This document shows, in pieces, positions 40,401-49,763 of a stretch of DNA of 64,000 nt. A program made the translations under genes and the position numbers. Origin of the DNA: Candidatus Dojkabacteria bacterium (GTDB taxonomy: Bacteria > Patescibacteriota > Dojkabacteria > B142 > JAFGMG01); the NCBI GenBank assembly GCA_016927655.1, contig JAFGMG010000005.1:75991-139990 (forward strand). Direction: 5' to 3'. The notes beneath the pieces are model-generated. The model was not told the DNA's origin and searched no databases. It saw nothing but the letters and a program-made list of their open reading frames with translations. The first letter of the stretch is position 1, and every line of letters begins with the position of its first letter.

Positions 40401-43400
40401 TTGGAGAATGGGGGCCTGAAAATAACTACTATTACTGATCCGAATGGAAATTCAACCATCCACAAGCATAATGATAAAAATTATTTCGTTGAGAAAATCG
40501 CACCAAATGGCGATGTGACTAGTTATACGTATGATGATAAAGGCCAGAGGCTGAGCGAAACTTTCCCAGATGGAAAAATTTATCACTTTGAGTATGATAC
40601 TAAAGGGAACAGAACAAAAACTATCTATCCAAATGGGTACGAAGTAGCAACTGTTTACAATGATTCAGGAAAACCAACTAAGATCACTGAAGGCAATAAT
40701 GACAGAATTACAGAATATGGGTATGACTCAAAATTTAATCTTACCTCCGTTACAGATCCGGAGGGTAATACAGTTACTTACGAATATAACACTAATAACC
40801 AGCTTATAGGAACGATATCTATAGGAGAAAATAAGAGATGGGATAACAATTTCTTCAGCGGGCCAAATTGGGATCCAACAAAAACAGTTGTAACAACGGG
40901 TGATGTAAATGGAGATGGTTTGCAAGACATTGTCGGGTTTGGCATAGATGATATTTATGTCGCTTTGTCAAATGCTGATGGGTTTGATGAACCGCAGATA
41001 TGGCATAGTACAAATTACACTTTAAATGATTGGGGATGGAGTGTATCAATGCACCCAAGAATGCTTGCTGATGTGAATGGAGATGGAAAAGATGATATTG
41101 TCGGGTTTGGTGGTGGTGGGGTTTACGTTTCTTTGTCCGATGGAGCAAGATTCTTGGAAGGAAGTATGTGGTCAGCAAGTTTTGTTTACAATTTGGGCTG
41201 GCGGGTGGAAAAGCATATCAGAGTAATGGGAGACGTAAATGGAGATGGTAAGGATGATATTGTCGGTTTTGGGGATGACGATATTTTTGTTGCATTGTCA
41301 ACTGGCAGTAGTTTTGGTGGATCCCAGATATGGCGAAGTGATGATTTTACATACAATGACTGGGGATGGAGGGTGGAAGCAAATCCAAGAACACTTGGAG
41401 ATATAAATGGGGACGGTAAAGATGATATTGTCGGGTTTGCAGGTTCTGTAGTCGCGGTAGCTATCTCCAATGGGACACAATTCCTGCCGACGTCACTCTG
41501 GACTAGTGAGTTTAGCTACAATCAGGGCTGGAGAGTCGGAGATCATGAGCGTTACGTGAGTGATATTAATGAAGATGGCAAAGCAGATATAGTCGGTTTT
41601 AAAGACGACGCTGTCTATACTGCATTCTCAACAGGGACAAGTTATCAGTCTTCTCAAGTTCTAGATAGGAACTTTAATGTAGGAGATGGCTGGAATTTTT
41701 CGAGCAGAAGATTTGCAGGTGATTTGGATGGGGATGGAAAAACAGATCTTTTCGGTCTAAAAAGTGATGGTATTTACGCTACAACAGGCAGGGGGAAAAT
41801 TACATCATTAAGCTATGACGCGAAGGGCTATCTGGCTGCGCAAAAAAATGATAATGCCAATGCAACAACCAGCTATACAAATAATCTAATTGGATTTGTG
41901 CAAAGCAAAACAGATCCAAATGGCAATACCTCCCAGTACACATATAACTCTATCGGCAATAAAACAAGTGAAACAGATGCAAATGGAAATACTAAAACTC
42001 TTGAATATGATCTGGCTGGGAATTTGACGAAGGAAATTGAAGAAGCTGGGGTTGAGACGGTTTATGTTTATGATGCAAACTATAATGTAGTCTCGAAACA
42101 AGTTGGAGATGCGCAGATTACTAGTTACCAATACGATGCCGGCGGTAGAAAAATCAAAGAAATTGCCCCAGAAGGAAATTATGTTGTCTACTCTTATGAT
42201 GCAAATGGCAGATTGACAAAAACAGAAAATTTTGGTGCAGATGATGTTTCTCTAGGTGCTGTTACGACTACATATAATAGTTCTAACACAAAAGCTTCTG
42301 AAACTGATGCGAATGGGGTTCCCACTACTTATACTTATGACGCCCTCGGCAGGCTTGCCAGCGAGACAAAGGCTGGCAAAACAAAGACTTATACATATGA
42401 TCAGTGGGCAAATCTGACTAGTGAATCTGACTGGGAAGGGAATGTAAGTTTCTTTGCTTATGACAAGAATAATAATAAAGTCCTGGAAAAGAATCCGATA
42501 GAGGTAGATCAGCGAACTCAGGGTAAAATCAGCAAATACGATGCGGCGGGAAATCAAATTGAAATAGTTGATTCAATGGGCGGGGTTACGAAACAATACT
42601 TTGACACGGAAAAGCGACTGATCAAAGTCGTCAATCCAAAAGGACAGATGGCAGACTATACTTATGCCAAAAATGGCAATCTACTCTCTCAGATAAATTT
42701 TGCCGGTGAAATATCGACATTTAACTATGACGGGAATGGAAACCTGACCAGTAAAACTGACAATCTGGGCAATGTGACCGCATTTACTTACAATTCAAGG
42801 AATCAAAATACTTCGATCATTGATGTAAATGGCAATGTCACCTCTATGCAATATGATCAATACGGTAATCTGGTTCAGGTCACTAATGCTGAAGGAGGAT
42901 TGAGGACTTTCAGCTATGACCTGAATGGCAATTTGATTTCAGAAACTGACGAGCTTGGCAACACAAAGACATATGCTTATAACTCTTTGGGCAAAAGAAC
43001 AGCAGAAACAGAGACAAAACAAGTTGCAGGGGAACTTACTGAAGTCACTAGGGCCTTTGAATACGACAGTAAAGGAAACCTGACTGCTGCTGTCAATGAA
43101 AGAGGACATACAATAAACTATTCTTACAACGCATTTGATAAAGTTACAACAGTAGAAAATCCCGATGGCACCTCGAAGGGCTTCAGCTATGACGGAAATG
43201 GCAATGTGCTGACTAGTACTGACGAACTTGGTAATGTGACGAGTTTCACTTATGACAAGATGGGTAGAAAATTGAGTGAGACTGATCCTGCAGATTATAC
43301 ACAAAACTATGCTTATGATCTGCTTGGCAGGCTTGTGAGTGAAAGTGATAAGAAAGCGAATGAGACAAACTATGAATATGATTCTGTCGGGAATGTGACT

Positions 43401-46400
43401 AAAGTGACGGATCGCGGCGGAAATGAAACTACAGTGGCTTATGACGGCGGCAATAGAATATTAACTGTGAATTATCCAAATGGACTTGAATTGACTAATG
43501 CCTATGACGGGCTTGGAAGAAAACTCTCGGAAACTAAATCCGGCGCTAGTCTCCCCTCCTCTGTCGTTGAGCAATACAGTTATGATGATCTTGGTAATTT
43601 AATTTCAAAAACTGATGCAAATGGCAGCGTCACGACTTTTACATACGATGATCTAAACAGGCAATTGGCCGAGAACAAGCCGCTTGGGCTTACAGCCGAG
43701 AAAACCTATGACGCGGCCGGCAATGTGATTTCCCAGACAGATGAAAACGGTAATACTACGACATTTGCTTATGATCCGGCAGGATCAGTTACAAGAAGAA
43801 CTGACGCGCTGGGTGTGAGCACTTCTTACAAGTACGATGCAGCTGGCAATTTGATGCAGGAAATTAACGGGAACAGTGTCCCAACCTACTACAGTTATGA
43901 CAGTAGAAATAGAAAAACAGAGACAAAAGACAGAAATCTGGAAGTGCTTGAGAGCCTTGAATATGATGGAGCTGGTAATGTCACATTAAGGTATGATGCC
44001 AATAGTTATGCAACGGAATTTACATATACTTCAACCGGACTTCTTGCCTCTACAACTGATCCTGCCGGCAATACGATCAGCTACAGTTATGATGAAAACG
44101 GCAATATTCTGACTGAAGCAAATCAGCTTGGGTTTGTTACAAGCTATGCTTACGACTCACTTGACCAGGTAATCCATGAAACCGATCCGCTTGGCAATAT
44201 GTGGGTTTATGAATACGATCAGGCTGGCAATCCTATCACGGGGATAGATCCTTTGAATAGAACTCTTTCAAATCAATACGATGAACTCGGCAGGAAGATC
44301 AAAGTTTCTCAAAACAGCCAGAGTATGGGGGTGGTCGAGACAGACTATGAATATGATAATAACGGAAACCTTGTACAAGCTATCGATCCAATGGGCAATA
44401 TCACAGTAAATGTCTACGATGCTCTAAACCGCAGGCTTAGTACTACAAACGCAGAAAACGAGACAAAATATTTCAGTTATGATGGAGTCGGGAATATTAC
44501 CCAGACAATCGATGCTAATGGTAATTCTGTGGAATATTCTTACGATGATGTTTATAGAAAAATCGCACAAACAGACGAACTTGATTATACAACTGGCTAT
44601 TCTTACGATGATGCCGGGAATTTATTGAGTATCACAAAGCCAAGGGGTAACTTGGAAAGCTATGCTTATGATGATTTCGGCAGGAAGATTAGTTATACAG
44701 ACGGTGAAGGCAATGTAACAGACTACGAATATGACAGGAATGGGAATTTGACTGCAGAGTTGCGGCCAAACGGCACCAGGCATACTTACGGATATGACGC
44801 TCTCAATAGGCCGATTGTTGAATATTCTATTGCTCCGGGCGAAGATCCTGTCGCCAGGTCTAGAACTGACTATGATGCTGCAGGCAGAGTGATCAAAACA
44901 ACCGATGCGCTTGGGAATTTCACAACTTATGAATACGACGGTCTTGATAGATTGACTAAAGTTATTGATCCGCTTCAGCATTCTACTTTCTACTCTTATG
45001 ATGCAGTTGGGAATCTGACTAGAGAAATAAATGCAAACGGTGCTGTTACAAATTATACCTTTGATGAATTTAACAATCTGATCACTGAAACTGACCCTAC
45101 GTCGCACACATGGAGCTATGAGTATGATAAAAACGGGAATATTGCGAAAGAAACTGATGCTAATGGGAATGTAAATACTAGAGAATATGACTTCGCGGGA
45201 AGGATTACTGCAAAAGAGTATCTGGATGGAAACAATAATCCTCAGGCAGAAAGTACGTATTTTGAATATGATAATGCAGGTAATTTGATCAGGGCGTACA
45301 ATCAAGCCCAGGAAAATGTATTTGATTTTGACGAAAGATCAAGTATTACAGGAACGAGTGATTCGAGAAATTACACTCAGAGCTATACTTATGATGCTAA
45401 CAATCTTCTGGAAACTCATACCTTTGCAGACGGGCACGAGCAGGAGCTTACATATAACCAGAATGATCAAGTCTCGCAGATGAAAATGGTCTACAATGGC
45501 GATAGTGTGACAGAGAATGATTCTTACGCTCTCTCTACTCTATTTGAATACGACAGCAATGGTAATCTGAACTATCAGATAAATCCTGATAAAACTGTGA
45601 TTTCCAAGACTTATGATGCTCTTGATCAGGTTGTTGAAGTGAATAATTACATGTCAGCCGATGCTTCAGCTGAGCCTGGAGAGCCTGCGTGGAAAACTCC
45701 TGAATATGTTCTTGCGAAGTACAATTATGAATTGAATGCGAATGGACAGAAATTGAGCACTGACTTTTTCTCAAATTGTGACAAAGACAACGTCTGTTCC
45801 GCTGGGACAAACGTAAGCACGACTGACAATTATGCTTATGACGCTGCGGGAAGACTTGTCCAATCGAGCAGGACAATTGATAATCCTACGCAGACTATTG
45901 AGAAGGTGAGCTACACGGACAATTATACATATGACGCGGTTGGTAATAGAACGGCCTATTCTTCGACTCAGAGCGGATCTCCTGTGACTGTGAATTATGC
46001 TTACAATCTATCAAACCAGCTTACTGGTAGTGATGATGGCTGGAGCTATAGTTATGATGCTGATGGCAACAGGACTGCTAAATCAAATTCGTCTACTGGT
46101 GAGTATGTGAATATGACATACAACAGAGCTGATGAAATGACTGGAGTTGATAGTAGCCTAAAGGATGAAAGTGGTAACCTGGAAACATACAATTTGAGCT
46201 ACACTTATGATGTCCTTGGCAGGAGGATCAAGAAGCAGGTGAATGCAAGTGATGGGAGTGAAACTTATGATGGAATTCTCTTTCAGAACTACCTCTATCA
46301 GACTAATGGCTGGGATATGGTGAGTGAGTACACAGACAGGGAGATTGGCACTGATCTTCATACGAACTATTACATGGCAAAACTTGACTCTTCTCTGCCC

Positions 46401-48236
46401 TCGCAGGTAGCAGCCGAGGATGTTTTGGATAGGACTCCAGAATCTGACTACAATCTCTGGGACAGTGTTGCGGACGAGAGCAGCTCAGAGATTGATCCGG
46501 AACATAACTTTATCCTGACTCCAGATACGGTACAGAGGATAAGCTACTACCAGAGAGATGCGCTTGACAGTATTGTAAGCAGGACAAATCTGGAGGTGAG
46601 GTATAAAGCAAGTGATACAAGTGGGACACTGGTACTTGATCCAACAGTGCAGATAATAGACGGCTACGGTGTGAACTCTCAATCAAGGACTGATGCATAC
46701 GGGAAGAAACTGAACGAGACAGAAACAGCCTCACCATCTCAAGTAGACTACGAACTCTCAGACTGGCAGGATACAAACTGGAGCTCAAGGAGTTACTCAG
46801 GTCAGGTCTACGACAGAGAATCAGGAACATACTACTACGGCAGCAGGAACTACGATCCTACAAGCGGAACCTGGAACAAGCAGGACAGCTATAGAGGCGA
46901 GCCAAAGAGTCCACTCTCAAGAAACAGATACATCTTCGTCGAAGGAGACCCAGTGAATAGTGTGGATGAGTATGGATACAGTATATTCGGTAAAGCCTGG
47001 GACTACGCAAAAAGACAGGTAAATAGAAGTCTAAATAATGTAAAGAAAGTAACTAAAGTAGTCTACAATACATCAAAAAGTATATACAACTGGAGTAAGA
47101 ATCAGGTAGACATTTTTGTAAACAAAGTCAGGGATAACTACAATTGGCTGAAAGACTATCTGAAAAACAGAGGAGGTGCAGTAAGTGAGTGTATAAAGAA
47201 CCCGAAGAAATGCAGCAACGATGCGAGGCAGGAAATAAGTGATGCGTTGGGGAAAGGCACAGAAGCAGTAAACCATATAGTACAGGAGACAAAGAAAGCA
47301 TCACAAAAGGCAGTACAATCAATAGAAAGTCAATTACAGGAACTTCTAAGTGCAAGTGAGATAGAGAGTACGATAAAGGAGAAGATGGCGCAGATCGGAA
47401 TACCAACTTCAGTAATAAATATTGCGCAAGAGTTTGGGAGAGGAGTTGGGAACGGAGCCTGGGAGAATATAAGACATACCATTACAGATTTGAATCCATT
47501 GTATATAGCAGGAAATGAGCTGAAGAACTTCAGACCGGATGTGACAGTCCCGATGTACATAGATTACTTGCAGGGCAATATATCAAAGGAAGAATTTGAT
47601 GAAATATACTCAGAGCATTGTTCGAATAGTAATTTCTGCAGGATAGGAGATTCATTGCTGCGTGGTGATATAGGAGGGGCGATAAGAGAGACAGGGATAA
47701 CAAATATTGGAGGGATTGGGGCGATAAAACAGGCGGCAGGAATGACAGAGATAAATTACACTTACTACATCAAAGGAGACAAAGATAAAGCAATGGAGAA
47801 ATGTGTAGAGGATGGTACATGCAGGACAATACTGGCATTTCAGAATGGAGACAATGAGATAAAAGCAAGGATACTAGGAGAACAATTCGGCTACTATTCC
47901 GCTGAGGCAGTTAAGATGATATTATTGGTAAAGATGGCGGAGGGTGGGGAACGGAGTATCAATAAAGGTAGCGATAGTTCAACAGTAGAATATAAATTAA
48001 ATTCAAATTGGAAAGACTGGGATAAATATATGGCTAAACGTGGTTGGACAGATGTTGATATTGTTAGAACTATTAAGGCAAATGAGTACATAGAGTATAA
48101 TAAAACAAATTATCTAAATCCTGGGAATCCAACTAAATTATTTACCGATCCAAAAACAGGGAAGTCGCTTGTAATTGATGCAGAAACAGGAGAAATCATT
48201 CAATTAGGAGGGGATCCGAAAAGTTTTAAATTTTAA
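37467..48236 (+). CDS. Giant polymorphic toxin (3589 aa) combining an I9-like propeptide, an S8 subtilase domain, FG-GAP repeats, YD/RHS repeats, an Rhs core and a C-terminal toxin domain
   Basis: A signal anchor opens the protein. The subtilase catalytic triad context is D218 (VAVIDSGICIDHPDLAGK), H (DHGCGVAGIIAA) and S405 (GTSFAAPYITS). Seven or more FG-GAP repeats (DVNGDGKDDIVGFG...) span ~40870-41800. Dozens of YD repeats (YxYDxxGNL, e.g. TYTYDALGRL, SYDANGRL) span ~39700-46900. The canonical Rhs core C-terminal motif (YYYGSRNYDPTSGTWNKQDSYRGEP...NRYIFVEGDPVNSVDEYGY) ends at ~46979. A ~418-aa unassigned C-terminal domain follows (46980-48236). Confidence 0.85.
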   Translation: MKNLFLKFRLPGLCLLIVSVIAGITVLNYVSYKDAKNSEPITLPQEEYVPNIPRVEPIKVENERDFVENQVLLTFENGTSEDEINKYVESIGGKVEVNIDKLDSVVVSFSSTVPDKFPENTILASSEKDYLAVALGDKDKGASSESYQLSQSEIENTNYTDEVIVAPPLDVPEDAYKPVQPFNDPEYINQWGMQVMGIEDLLRQDKSTQKETIVAVIDSGICIDHPDLAGKIVKGYDFVENDNIPQDDFDHGCGVAGIIAANIDNENAITGAAPNAKIMPLKVLDSQGIGQYSDIASAIIYAVDHKAKYVNISAGGIQDSILLKKAVDYAKKNNVVIIAAAGNTYSEEALYPARYESVISVGSIGQNFYVSNFSSRDKAVDYWAPGESIVSLTAGNSTSYFSGTSFAAPYITSLYVDGILNSKTKLHGGMPTAEGNVLSVNFDSVGTEVIGWGTTEFDPKNTKDNPQEEFLTAQSSTACVTRYDTGWWAGAYCYIQGTLQTGTSTQYKIVTSGKTYNLNLSNASQYLNKTVKVEVKYTSQWSFTVLSVTLINNVPIGYFDNVDIYTLKVNGWAFDPDTPSQSINVHVYIDGPAGSGAPGYAVLAGNYRGDVNAVYGITGNHGFSWPLPSQFTSGTHTFYVYAINSWGGANPQISRSPLQATIPVFDYDPPSDKITSISNNTSLYGKLVPQGENAEKLSEANTSISYEASDPDADPVNTATGFLDYSVNDIGYTEINGIPFDFIRAYNSDSNYSGILGTGWQASFDMKLIASVKNGTYGWTVLFPDGHGETFNEPDNNYRTFDYQFTNANSENKGTLFRYGATGGPAPWAVIYIDSQTGKQFSFRAERVAGSMFGKMIQIKNPDGSVVDYSYDANGKLSSATEQTFGRKFNFSIDASGRLTTITDVLGRPVTYSYDANGKLAQVVNTLGGVTKYFYNAENKIRRIEDPNGNTTYEFVYDGSGRVSAKTNGTGQVTTYSYLENGGLKITTITDPNGNSTIHKHNDKNYFVEKIAPNGDVTSYTYDDKGQRLSETFPDGKIYHFEYDTKGNRTKTIYPNGYEVATVYNDSGKPTKITEGNNDRITEYGYDSKFNLTSVTDPEGNTVTYEYNTNNQLIGTISIGENKRWDNNFFSGPNWDPTKTVVTTGDVNGDGLQDIVGFGIDDIYVALSNADGFDEPQIWHSTNYTLNDWGWSVSMHPRMLADVNGDGKDDIVGFGGGGVYVSLSDGARFLEGSMWSASFVYNLGWRVEKHIRVMGDVNGDGKDDIVGFGDDDIFVALSTGSSFGGSQIWRSDDFTYNDWGWRVEANPRTLGDINGDGKDDIVGFAGSVVAVAISNGTQFLPTSLWTSEFSYNQGWRVGDHERYVSDINEDGKADIVGFKDDAVYTAFSTGTSYQSSQVLDRNFNVGDGWNFSSRRFAGDLDGDGKTDLFGLKSDGIYATTGRGKITSLSYDAKGYLAAQKNDNANATTSYTNNLIGFVQSKTDPNGNTSQYTYNSIGNKTSETDANGNTKTLEYDLAGNLTKEIEEAGVETVYVYDANYNVVSKQVGDAQITSYQYDAGGRKIKEIAPEGNYVVYSYDANGRLTKTENFGADDVSLGAVTTTYNSSNTKASETDANGVPTTYTYDALGRLASETKAGKTKTYTYDQWANLTSESDWEGNVSFFAYDKNNNKVLEKNPIEVDQRTQGKISKYDAAGNQIEIVDSMGGVTKQYFDTEKRLIKVVNPKGQMADYTYAKNGNLLSQINFAGEISTFNYDGNGNLTSKTDNLGNVTAFTYNSRNQNTSIIDVNGNVTSMQYDQYGNLVQVTNAEGGLRTFSYDLNGNLISETDELGNTKTYAYNSLGKRTAETETKQVAGELTEVTRAFEYDSKGNLTAAVNERGHTINYSYNAFDKVTTVENPDGTSKGFSYDGNGNVLTSTDELGNVTSFTYDKMGRKLSETDPADYTQNYAYDLLGRLVSESDKKANETNYEYDSVGNVTKVTDRGGNETTVAYDGGNRILTVNYPNGLELTNAYDGLGRKLSETKSGASLPSSVVEQYSYDDLGNLISKTDANGSVTTFTYDDLNRQLAENKPLGLTAEKTYDAAGNVISQTDENGNTTTFAYDPAGSVTRRTDALGVSTSYKYDAAGNLMQEINGNSVPTYYSYDSRNRKTETKDRNLEVLESLEYDGAGNVTLRYDANSYATEFTYTSTGLLASTTDPAGNTISYSYDENGNILTEANQLGFVTSYAYDSLDQVIHETDPLGNMWVYEYDQAGNPITGIDPLNRTLSNQYDELGRKIKVSQNSQSMGVVETDYEYDNNGNLVQAIDPMGNITVNVYDALNRRLSTTNAENETKYFSYDGVGNITQTIDANGNSVEYSYDDVYRKIAQTDELDYTTGYSYDDAGNLLSITKPRGNLESYAYDDFGRKISYTDGEGNVTDYEYDRNGNLTAELRPNGTRHTYGYDALNRPIVEYSIAPGEDPVARSRTDYDAAGRVIKTTDALGNFTTYEYDGLDRLTKVIDPLQHSTFYSYDAVGNLTREINANGAVTNYTFDEFNNLITETDPTSHTWSYEYDKNGNIAKETDANGNVNTREYDFAGRITAKEYLDGNNNPQAESTYFEYDNAGNLIRAYNQAQENVFDFDERSSITGTSDSRNYTQSYTYDANNLLETHTFADGHEQELTYNQNDQVSQMKMVYNGDSVTENDSYALSTLFEYDSNGNLNYQINPDKTVISKTYDALDQVVEVNNYMSADASAEPGEPAWKTPEYVLAKYNYELNANGQKLSTDFFSNCDKDNVCSAGTNVSTTDNYAYDAAGRLVQSSRTIDNPTQTIEKVSYTDNYTYDAVGNRTAYSSTQSGSPVTVNYAYNLSNQLTGSDDGWSYSYDADGNRTAKSNSSTGEYVNMTYNRADEMTGVDSSLKDESGNLETYNLSYTYDVLGRRIKKQVNASDGSETYDGILFQNYLYQTNGWDMVSEYTDREIGTDLHTNYYMAKLDSSLPSQVAAEDVLDRTPESDYNLWDSVADESSSEIDPEHNFILTPDTVQRISYYQRDALDSIVSRTNLEVRYKASDTSGTLVLDPTVQIIDGYGVNSQSRTDAYGKKLNETETASPSQVDYELSDWQDTNWSSRSYSGQVYDRESGTYYYGSRNYDPTSGTWNKQDSYRGEPKSPLSRNRYIFVEGDPVNSVDEYGYSIFGKAWDYAKRQVNRSLNNVKKVTKVVYNTSKSIYNWSKNQVDIFVNKVRDNYNWLKDYLKNRGGAVSECIKNPKKCSNDARQEISDALGKGTEAVNHIVQETKKASQKAVQSIESQLQELLSASEIESTIKEKMAQIGIPTSVINIAQEFGRGVGNGAWENIRHTITDLNPLYIAGNELKNFRPDVTVPMYIDYLQGNISKEEFDEIYSEHCSNSNFCRIGDSLLRGDIGGAIRETGITNIGGIGAIKQAAGMTEINYTYYIKGDKDKAMEKCVEDGTCRTILAFQNGDNEIKARILGEQFGYYSAEAVKMILLVKMAEGGERSINKGSDSSTVEYKLNSNWKDWDKYMAKRGWTDVDIVRTIKANEYIEYNKTNYLNPGNPTKLFTDPKTGKSLVIDAETGEIIQLGGDPKSFKF

Positions 48237-48247
48237 TAAATTGAAAT

Positions 48248-48637
48248 ATGAATGTAGAAATTTGGACTAAGTTGATTGATGGTGTTGAAGTATCAGTGAA
48301 AGTAATAGGGAAAAAGATTGGGAAGGATATGTATAAAATTATTAAAAACTCATATCTAGACTTAGATGATTCTACTGCAATTTGGGAATTTTTCCCAGGA
48401 GATGTCGTTGTCTGCAAGAAAAAAGGTGGTGAGTTGTTTGCACAATCGCTTGTAAATTCAATAATTAAAGATAGAGAAGTTTACTCGATGATATTTTTAG
48501 TTGTATCAAAGAATGGCGAGATTAGTGATGATGATATAGAAAAATTCCGACCTGAAATAAAGAAATTAAAGGAAAGTACAGATATTAAACAAAAGCTCCA
48601 TCCTGTGATTAAAACTTGGTTAAAAAAAGTAAAGTAG
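48248..48637 (+). CDS. Putative cognate immunity protein for the Rhs C-terminal toxin (129 aa)
   Basis: A small ORF starting 12 nt after the toxin stop on the same strand, the canonical position of Rhs/CDI immunity genes. No sequence motif supports this; the call is by position only. Confidence 0.4.
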   Translation: MNVEIWTKLIDGVEVSVKVIGKKIGKDMYKIIKNSYLDLDDSTAIWEFFPGDVVVCKKKGGELFAQSLVNSIIKDREVYSMIFLVVSKNGEISDDDIEKFRPEIKKLKESTDIKQKLHPVIKTWLKKVK

Positions 48638-48911
48638 GCTTAGCGATGCTTAAATTATTGAGTAATGGGGAATATAAAGCATTCGAGAATTATATTAATA
48701 ACAGAGATAAAGCTACAGTTTAAGAGATGCATTAATTTAAAAAATAATTTAAGTTTGAATTTAGGAGATCCTGGGGAGATTAGGCATGGCACGAATAAAT
48801 ATATATAATTATACAGAGATCTAGATTAATAGAAACTTAAGCATTTATTAATATTTACTCTACTCTTATTTACCCCTCTTGTGCTACAATTTCTTGAATT
48901 AGTTATTTCTT

Positions 48912-49763
48912 ATGTTGAATGATAGGGAAGTAAAATTGCCCCAGGATTTACCCTCTGGTACGCAGATTAGGTATAAAATTGGTGCAAGTGAAATCTATAT
49001 TGAAACTCACCGTGAAGTATGGACTCCAAGTGAATTTACAATAAATATGTGTAAACTACTTGATAGCGAGAATTTAAAGAATAAAGTAGTAATGGATTTT
49101 GCTTGTGGAAGTGGTATCCTTGGAATACTGGCGGCTAAAAAGGGAGCAAAAAGTGTTATATTTAGTGATATAAATCAGAGGGCACTTGATATGACAAAGA
49201 GAAATTGGAAATTAAATAATTTACCGATGAGGAGAATGAAGACGATTCGATCCGACTGTTATGAATATTTTCATCAAATAGACAGGAGATTGAAAGTTGA
49301 CGTGATAGTTTCAAATCCTCCGACAGCACCGGAAAATTTAACTACTAAACGACAAAAAAAATTAGCAGCTCAATGGAATGAAAATGGAGAAGATGCTAGA
49401 AAAGTCACGGATGCGTTAATAAAAGAAAGTGGGGACTTCTTGAATGAAAACGGAATTCTATTATTCGTGACGACAAATAAACAGGGACCTATTAGAACTT
49501 CCAAACTACTGAATAAACATTTTGGTAAAGGATTGCAAAAAAATAATCAAGTTGATCCTTTGGACTATATGGATACTGATAATGGGAAATATAACTGGAA
49601 AGTTATTAAAAGACTTAGATTGCTTCTTGATGAATGGTATTTTCCTTTTATAGAAAAATATAAAAATATCGCAATACTCAGAAACGAGCCATCTCCAATC
49701 TTAAGGAATGAAGAAGGGGAACTTATACAGCTTTTGTATTTTATAAAAGCGAATAAGTATTAG
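48912..49763 (+). CDS. Class I SAM-dependent methyltransferase of the MTS (small-domain) family, RsmC/RlmG/HemK-like
   Basis: An MTS-type N-terminal segment (REVWTPSEFTINMCKLL) precedes SAM motif I (VMDFACGSGILGILAAKKGAKSVIFSDIN) and motif IV (VDVIVSNPPTAP; an NPPY-like DPPY/NPPF variant). The substrate (rRNA, protein or DNA) cannot be called. Confidence 0.65.
   Translation: MLNDREVKLPQDLPSGTQIRYKIGASEIYIETHREVWTPSEFTINMCKLLDSENLKNKVVMDFACGSGILGILAAKKGAKSVIFSDINQRALDMTKRNWKLNNLPMRRMKTIRSDCYEYFHQIDRRLKVDVIVSNPPTAPENLTTKRQKKLAAQWNENGEDARKVTDALIKESGDFLNENGILLFVTTNKQGPIRTSKLLNKHFGKGLQKNNQVDPLDYMDTDNGKYNWKVIKRLRLLLDEWYFPFIEKYKNIAILRNEPSPILRNEEGELIQLLYFIKANKY

Noticed and set aside
38640-47560. 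Numerous short minus-strand ORFs inside the Rhs toxin gene (Cys/His-rich, low complexity)
   Set aside because: They are antisense shadows of the repetitive YD-repeat coding sequence. The single 10.8-kb plus-strand frame is uninterrupted.
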